64,000 bases of DNA from assembly GCF_013149785.1 (NCBI RefSeq), contig NZ_JABEZU010000002.1, positions 744,001 to 808,000 on the forward strand, read 5' to 3'. Source of the DNA: Isoptericola halotolerans (lineage in GTDB: Bacteria > Actinomycetota > Actinomycetes > Actinomycetales > Cellulomonadaceae). Under the pieces are notes generated by a model, which was not told where the DNA came from, made no database searches, and saw nothing but the letters and a program-made list of their open reading frames with translations. Each line of letters starts with the position of its first letter. The stretch's first letter is position 1. The translations under genes were made by a program, and so were the position numbers. Below are positions 63,738 through 64,000 of this stretch, one piece after another.

Positions 63738-64000
63738 TCAGCCCTTGACCGCGCCGAGCATGATGCCCTTGACGAAATACCGTTGGAAGAGCGGATAGAT
63801 GAAGATGATCGGCAGCACCACGATCACGGCGACGGTCATCCGTATCGACGTCGGCGTCTGGGAGGTCGCTGCCGACACGATGGAGCCGAGGTTTCCCTGC
63901 GCGTTCTGAGCGGCCTGCGCCAGGCTGCTCGCCTGGTTGGTGTAGGTGTAGAGCAGGTACTGCAGCGAGTACAGGCTCTGGTCGGTGACGTAGAGCAGCG
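63738..64000 (-). CDS. Carbohydrate ABC transporter permease, C-terminal part
   Basis: Manual translation ends IYPLFQRYFVKGIMLGAVKG. Confidence 0.9.
   Translation of the reverse strand, partial: LLYVTDQSLYSLQYLLYTYTNQASSLAQAAQNAQGNLGSIVSAATSQTPTSIRMTVAVIVVLPIIFIYPLFQRYFVKGIMLGAVKG

Overview
High-GC actinobacterial chromosome segment, probably Micrococcales (inferred from gene order and protein style). Most of it is conserved core genome: rsgA(partial)-aroA, sigH/sigR-rshA-bL37, kgd, a two-component pair, two CNNM/CBS genes, prpDBC, tRNA-Arg(CCG), argS-lysA-hom-thrC-thrB-rho-rpmE-prfA-prmC-tsaC-wecA, the atp operon, nucS, nagA and a GH3/ABC sugar-uptake locus. The accessory region runs from about 23.3 to 34.9 kb. 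Its main component is an apparently intact ~8.3-kb integrative element in tRNA-Arg(CCG), bounded by perfect 85-bp direct repeats (26467-26551, 34779-34863) with paired arm-type repeats. It encodes a RepSA-like HUH replication initiator, a Pra/SCO3933-like protein, an exported protein, a short FtsK-type ATPase, two tandem excisionases and a tyrosine integrase. It also carries an RNA-repair-type HAD phosphatase, a possible HEPN remnant and an unexplained array of 18-bp repeats and 20-bp palindromes around ACCCATGGGT. Left of the element lie an ArsR sensor with a 25-His protein and a chimeric SBP/MFS pseudogene. Calls come from visual motif recognition only; no database searches were run.
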